Assembly: GCA_001643675.2 (NCBI GenBank)
Contig: LSRY02000056.1
Location: forward strand, 186,001 to 250,000
Length of the DNA: 64,000 bases
From: Monocercomonoides exilis PA203
Lineage: Eukaryota; Protista; Preaxostyla
Direction of reading: 5' to 3'
Shown here: one piece after another, positions 60,001-64,000 of the stretch
How positions within the stretch are numbered: the stretch's first letter is position 1
How the letters are laid out: every line of letters begins with the position of its first letter
The notes under the pieces: model-generated
Seen by the model: only the letters and a program-made list of their open reading frames with translations
Databases searched by the model: none
Told to the model about the DNA's origin: nothing
Translations under genes and position numbers: made by a program

Positions 60001-62986
60001 TATAACCTCACTTCGAATGTACAACAAACAAGAAAATGAAAGAAAAGTTTTGAATCACAATTTTGAAGGGAATGACAAAAATGTTGCACCTTCTCCAATA
60101 AATATTTCTGTTCGTACTGCATCATCAAATAACAGCACGTATTCATTTGAGAATATTGCAACTTTGATTCTATCAAACAATGCCACAATCAACAAACAAA
60201 GAGGATTACTGGAAAATCACGCAGACTTGTTCTTACGTGATCTCATGATTGTTACCACTTACGATTTAAACATCGCATTTACATCTATTATTGTCTCTAG
60301 AAATGGATTGCTGAGCATCAGCGAGATTGTTTTTGATGGGCGCGTTACTTATCCAGATTCTGCACTTTCTGACAATCCTTCAGCTAAATCCAATGAAAAA
60401 CGTAAGCACGCTTCTTCAGAAGTTGTAAAGCATATTCCGTCAATCAGCTGCTCTTTGTTGTGCATTGAAAGCGGGCAACTTGCACTTCAGCGTGTGCTCG
60501 TCTGTTTCATGCATTTTCTTTCTTCTCCTTTCGAAATAGTTGCATTTGCTGATGTTGCACTGTCTGAACTCACTGTTTACGATACACTGTGCAAGGACTG
60601 TCCAATAATTAGAATAATCTCTCAGGAAGACTTCCTTGATGAAGAATCCGTTTTTGAAAATAATCTAACACATCCAAATGAGATTGACGAAGATAACTGC
60701 AAAAAGCGATTTCAGGCGTTGTTCATATCAGCCGATTCTCCGCCATCTTTCCATCTTGCAGATTCTGTTTTTTCAAATATTACTCGAAACGACATTGGAT
60801 GCTCCGTGCTTGAAGCAGTTCCTTCGGATTATGTTCAAGAAAAGGAGACGAGTATATATACAGACAATACAACAAATGATAATTTATTCATTGAAAACGA
60901 CAATTCATTTACTCTGACAAATGTCATGCTGCATCATACAAAAGTCCAATCCTTCACGATTCTTCCAATTGTTCTCTTCAACACAAAGTTTATGATCAAT
61001 TCTTGCTTTGATGAACAAGGAGCCGCAATTGCAATTCATAATACAACATGCCTAGGATATTCATGCTCATTTATAGGCACTGTGCTATCTGAAGGCAATC
61101 GAACAAACAAGAAACGGATAAGAAAAGCTGTTTCATCTCAACAATCTTTTCGTAATGCATCAATTTTGATTGAACAGTCAGATGTGCACATCGATGAAAT
61201 GAGAAATCAAAATAACACAAACGATGATGATTCACCCCGAAGTGAATCTCCGCAAGACAATAGCATGTGCTCATGGCAATCTTCGATGCTTCATTTCTCA
61301 AAATGTTCTTCTTCATTCACAAACTGTTCGTTTTCATATGCTTCTTCTGGTGCTCTTTCTGTTATATCGTCTTCTGTTGTTTCGATTGCAGATTCAAGGT
61401 TCTTCAAAAATGATCCCTCAATTGAGAAATATCCTTCAATGCGAAGAAATATCTTTTGTTCAGACAAAAGTTCTGTGTTCATTATCGACAAAAGCAATGG
61501 AGATGAGACATTTGACGATTGTTACAGCATGAATAATTTTAATTCTGCGATTAATCTCAGCGAAGAGGAAACCGATGACAGACTTCCATCTTTAACACAC
61601 TTTGTTGGAAAAGGAAGTGCTGATACAGTTCCCCCTACGTATAAATCCGTACAGGCGCTGTGGATTTTAGCAGAAAATGGATGCTCCGTTGAAGGTGTGC
61701 GAAACGATCAGCATAAATCTCTCTTGTTTGTACCATCAATTCTGTCTTCAATTCTGGGCATTCCAAAAGAAGGTACTGTGTGCTCTATTCGCATCCATGG
61801 AGCCAATTTGTATCCATGTGGCATTTGGTTTGAAGTCGTTGATGCTTCATCAAATTTGAGGAGTATCGGCGAATGGAACTTTACAAATTATGTTAATGAA
61901 AGTTATGCAATTGGCCACATTCCATTAGATTTCATTTCTCCATTGTTCAAAAACGATAAACACCAAAAGACTTTTTCAGCATCGAGATTATCAAACCTAA
62001 AGGAAACCATCCATACACATGCTTTAAAAGACAAAAATGCGCAAAATACATCAAAGCTTTTGTCTAATTCACCATCACCGTCAAATGAGAATTCACAAAA
62101 TTCAACTTCCATTCCCTCATTTTCGGCCTCATCATCTTCGACAAAGCCTCTTGTCTTTATCAAGCTTCACTGCTTTCCTCCATCTACATCAACGCCATTC
62201 TGCACTCCTCTTGCTCCTCTTACAATTGAAGGCGATATACGCGAAAGTTCTACAACTCAGTCATATTTTATACCTGTCTTTATTTCGATAGCCTGCTTTC
62301 TCGTTCTTGTGGTTATTGTTGTGAGGTGCGTGAGATGGCAGCTTGGAGTGCGGAGAGCTAAGAAGCGAGCGCTGAGGAGAAAGAAGCGTGAGCAAAGGCA
62401 AAGAGAAGAGGAAAGGGAGCAGGAGAGATTGAATCTCGAATGGTTCAATGAGCGTGAAAGAGAAAGGCTGCTCAAAGCAATTGTTAGTAATTACAATGGA
62501 GAAAGAAGAGAAGGACCAAGAGATGAATTCTCAGCACACAGTTTGAATGCTAACCCAGATGCAGATTCTGAAAATAACACTGAAGGACGCAACAGACAGG
62601 GAATCAATCGCAATCAAAGCTTCATTTCTCGCATTGTGTCGTTTTTCCATTTGGACGAAGATGTGCTGAATGAAGATTCAACATCTGAAAGCTCTAATGA
62701 AGACAGTGAATCTTCGCCTTCAGATAATTACAGCGTTCTTTCCAATGCTTCCTCTTCGTCGTCTTCTTCTGGTTTGTCCTCCTCCTCATCTTCTTCTTTA
62801 GGCATTTTACCTACAACTCCGTCTTCTTCTTCAAAGAAAAAGCACCATTCAAGTTATCATCACAGAAAAAGAAAGGACATTCTTCAGTATCAGCCAATTG
62901 ATGGTGCTGTTCTTCCTTCTGTAAATGAAAGTAATATTCCAGATGCTCCATTCCCTTCGCCATCCCCTGTTGGATTTGAAAAATGA
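54083..62986 (+). CDS. Large (~2970 aa) type I membrane surface protein with GGA(I/V/M) motifs and repeated CG....PC modules
   Basis: Signal-peptide-like MICNILHLILISCTFIF. Many F..C...GGAI motifs, three D...CG....PC..L..AV modules, and FFKNDP...YPSMRRNIFCS. TM helix YFIPVFISIACFLVLVVIVV at ~62270-62330, then an R/E-rich and Ser-rich tail. Single exon. Confidence 0.9.
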   Translation: MICNILHLILISCTFIFENFFAFSAENNFNESYRHISKDSVHQSSISQFYLTSNMKNMKLCFDINSLTRLNDNLCAEVYPLIISSFVGSNATLNCSFCSFSQRLMIHQFIVKNRSIFSFKQCTIYMEKISTPFELENGHVDISNLSLRAFKTNGIIAPFFSSSKIKNSQFGSISINSSSFSSFSVQTAPFLDSLLTSSCNIHHTSFFNFSVKTFSSKRFSLFSGMHSTEIDSCLFYSVIDAFHGGIVRSINNHSYKYSSFNSTYFHCIRTTNEVEEKINASQIVSRSSTFFIDDEFSACSCSCADGQQCCCGGAIYFCPETSDMKEQDCSISLERCSFTTCGAHCTFLEATGNETAKSFYSTQQDQFLNKENAQKEEEKLFEKSHTTANNSSEKNDYSLSNQTNTTSLSSHSSLHKTSFVSETSPASQFAHSVHSTSKRFASDAHLSPCQLTSGGAIFCSNVRKFLMCNCSFNKCGSQVQWNQHVKSGGAVFLSINKKHFSDSYDLKNEKKEWSEYQDSSIVIQGNNFSRCSSEEEGGAMTLLFPSSESFFFSWNYFIYCCSSSTAGGQLAMFLLSNQEHRLSKNNESTFIKDKEIPCDESYPNSKFCFKSITFIQNGMGHKSGDFFLDISASNMRQSSKMSFVAQNKTIQSDLPLLFSFCIFHHQLLKTSEIPSVNADTESPASLIVTPSNLVIQDPSVSLTFSPFDKYSFSTSVSNRVFHSVLGSQDSWLPYHEWSVLINKNGGKDSETCGLGFDIPCASIKAAVEMTKRSKGIKWKIIITNTSYEPSCQSAYEQGTIVIDDGMSVSITGQSADGKEEEQAIIVPIIPLNYESASTFATRSSLFADIFEGDSRKIWMEISASSCEIEELHFQDVIESPFSGVDISFVMFSVKLSTLKMTKVSFSSKSSSELFSVSTVFKDFASKVPQCPLIYCASSIFLVTKCSFDRLYSNGGTLFLIENNASLGFEDPSISSALSETWKLSGIEAVHLPEYFPNNSNLPVSFFVNTTFTNISSKSSTTYFPSVIFSVSVPLCLHNCSFNRCTSSGSFRGGAIFVAFDEKANLILSNNKEHDQLADDFNLDHWNEEKQNHQTMLELNFNNVSFINCEAAHCPMQKEASSVTLSNGVPNQSAQKSRGGAMYLYRGNMQEQGIPFLSIYQSDFDKVSSSFKTTRFATKISSNFDNSAGSSLSLIPFQINCCSFLNNYASIANNIFFCLPHLSSIDFTSSLSPPLFQNMWDDTNSLFGCELDSANNKGRYRDIDLCQNFFYSSLRVHVSSDALLNFDDQPISTNLNRISSQHRSFDWFLCGSSEQPCQTLTEAVKHLQNGEDRAISIDFNYASTILTEINDNFVFGGISDLYERWVFDAHKWKKLKSGEEAPHALKTKQSKPNDIFSKFSTKDHSLIQNNDLNDHGVIVIEDSCVVSSALIMSDCDIGCEEQSNKAYGRSRHNSKTPCRLVFIENRASINQNAIPSDYSQSDHLNENNGNSVSYSNPSFFFFNNKRLYITHLTIQFFMNISASTKPPVNNELDSFSRDDRTATLLLNDSEEKYSPSDISALIVSTKGLVWIQKCILDQSNSYYSQDNNYNHNHISPYCVMEFPSLVLLLSGSLHVDDLQVTSSVTSSSLFIISSRSDQVFVHDMILNNLTLYDGSVITITDEDSADAKNVITTQRLHHLKVEVRRCDCSGLISASGSTSENHAQPSFFCMAFDNYEENDLSERTDNLLIFNVIEALITDCSFKNCSSCSQKGGTIYANLSKANSLHLTKCDFINSSVTPFEKESQITGRGSCLYLERISDLSDFFIGKITLRQSESSGGAVTSQNAFFFECDSLKKTIKPYQFRFDRRPKFSGFQPHSMTGAEINHKINASVDDDTINSNDENKNILLLDNCLAAKQFDVVFAGGLLAKYQQKATIDNAFILHHQNEDDCGETPSHPCSSLNSAVEHLSFHTNSSIVIIGSLLISEEVDLSMAAITSLRMYNKQENERKVLNHNFEGNDKNVAPSPINISVRTASSNNSTYSFENIATLILSNNATINKQRGLLENHADLFLRDLMIVTTYDLNIAFTSIIVSRNGLLSISEIVFDGRVTYPDSALSDNPSAKSNEKRKHASSEVVKHIPSISCSLLCIESGQLALQRVLVCFMHFLSSPFEIVAFADVALSELTVYDTLCKDCPIIRIISQEDFLDEESVFENNLTHPNEIDEDNCKKRFQALFISADSPPSFHLADSVFSNITRNDIGCSVLEAVPSDYVQEKETSIYTDNTTNDNLFIENDNSFTLTNVMLHHTKVQSFTILPIVLFNTKFMINSCFDEQGAAIAIHNTTCLGYSCSFIGTVLSEGNRTNKKRIRKAVSSQQSFRNASILIEQSDVHIDEMRNQNNTNDDDSPRSESPQDNSMCSWQSSMLHFSKCSSSFTNCSFSYASSGALSVISSSVVSIADSRFFKNDPSIEKYPSMRRNIFCSDKSSVFIIDKSNGDETFDDCYSMNNFNSAINLSEEETDDRLPSLTHFVGKGSADTVPPTYKSVQALWILAENGCSVEGVRNDQHKSLLFVPSILSSILGIPKEGTVCSIRIHGANLYPCGIWFEVVDASSNLRSIGEWNFTNYVNESYAIGHIPLDFISPLFKNDKHQKTFSASRLSNLKETIHTHALKDKNAQNTSKLLSNSPSPSNENSQNSTSIPSFSASSSSTKPLVFIKLHCFPPSTSTPFCTPLAPLTIEGDIRESSTTQSYFIPVFISIACFLVLVVIVVRCVRWQLGVRRAKKRALRRKKREQRQREEEREQERLNLEWFNERERERLLKAIVSNYNGERREGPRDEFSAHSLNANPDADSENNTEGRNRQGINRNQSFISRIVSFFHLDEDVLNEDSTSESSNEDSESSPSDNYSVLSNASSSSSSSGLSSSSSSSLGILPTTPSSSSKKKHHSSYHHRKRKDILQYQPIDGAVLPSVNESNIPDAPFPSPSPVGFEK

Positions 62987-63860
62987 TATTGCATTTTTTT
63001 GATATGTTTTTTTCGATATTTATTACATATTTTAACGAAGTATGTTGATTTCAATAATTTTATTAGTAATTCAAAATACACAGTTAGACAATTTTTTATT
63101 TTCACTATTTATGTTTTTTGCTGCTGTTCTGCCTTTAATCATTTTATGTATGATTGCTTTTTCTTTTTGTAGAATATTTATTTCTTTGATATTTTAAATA
63201 ACATGAGTTCTTTTAAACCTGAGTGCTTATAGAAAGAATTAGCTCAAACAAATAATAGCTTGAATATGATTCTCAAAAAAATTGTCCATTTCACCATCAA
63301 CAATTGAAACTTGGCCATTTATCTCAGAAAGAAAAAAACAATATATTCAACGGAGTTGATGAAAACAAAATCTTAATGCAGAATTATCAAAAAATTTCAA
63401 GTGATGTTTAAATAACATTTCAAAGATACTGTTAATCACAAAGAAACCAATAAAAATTCATGAAAGAATAAAATAAACACTAAATCAACAAAATAAGTAC
63501 TTGATTTATAACTTACTCAGAAAAAAAAAAATTTCAAAAGTTAACAGGAAGGCCTTGCTATGAAATGAAGAGTGCAATATTTCAAGAAAAAGAAAGAAGA
63601 GTATCATTAGTGGGAGTAGTTAAGAAGAGCAACACAGTAATAAAACGAATTAAAAAAAAGAAAATTTGGATTAAAATCTACACAAATTTCAAAAAGAAAT
63701 AAATAATTATTTGTGCATTATTCAATATGTCCACTGTCGAAGACTCAAATACACAATAAAATATAAAAGAAAAGAAAATGACTCTTTAGAAGCAAGCGTA
63801 ACTTATGCAATCTGTTTCTCTCTTCTCGAATAAATACTTTAATTTACTCCTCTTTCGTTC

Positions 63861-64000
63861 TCATTCAAGAATAGCTGCAGTTGTGTCTTTTGTTATTTGG
63901 TCATACATTCCACAAACTTCGTCATATCCTTCCCGAAACAGCTTATCACACTCCGCGTAAAAATCTTCCCAATTCTTAAATTTCGTTGGATCGACAATCT
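63861..64000 (-). CDS. 3' end of a gene entering from beyond the window
   Basis: Open frame IVDPTKFKNWEDFYAECDKLFREGYDEVCGMYDQITKDTTAAILE* with coding-like composition; family not determinable. Confidence 0.5.
   Translation of the reverse strand, partial: IVDPTKFKNWEDFYAECDKLFREGYDEVCGMYDQITKDTTAAILE

Noticed and set aside
1-64000. CRISPR arrays, tRNA, rRNA, telomeric repeats
   Set aside because: None recognisable by eye; the sequence is eukaryotic and shows no repeat-spacer periodicity.

Overview
AT-rich, gene-dense eukaryotic DNA. It has short GT-AG introns, the standard genetic code (TAA, TAG and TGA all end recognisable genes) and many Ser-rich low-complexity tracts. Style and gene families suggest a flagellated metamonad, most likely an oxymonad such as Monocercomonoides (inference). 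The first 7 kb is an accessory zone: a >=1.4 kb apparently perfect palindrome with a 214-bp spacer carrying transposon-end motifs, a decayed surface-protein gene, a decayed PIF/Harbinger-ISL2EU-type transposase and a 53-nt poly-A. Housekeeping genes follow: Spp1/CFP1-like PHD protein, CFAP52, SmF (absent from the ORF track), a long coiled-coil protein, SDE2, a 2043-aa protein with HOY1-type PH-like and Cys-rich zinc regions, a small ubiquitin-like protein, a Kelch/coiled-coil protein, Rlp7-like uL30, CFAP57 and eL8/RPL7A with an N-terminal extension. Next come a second surface-gene fragment beside an intron-containing Merlin (IS1595-family) transposon with TIRs, a hairpin cluster, a divergent Ran, a double C2HC-finger protein, a 7TM receptor-like protein, a stand-alone Utp12-domain protein and a ~2970-aa type I surface protein. 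All family calls come from motifs recognised by eye; no database searches were run.
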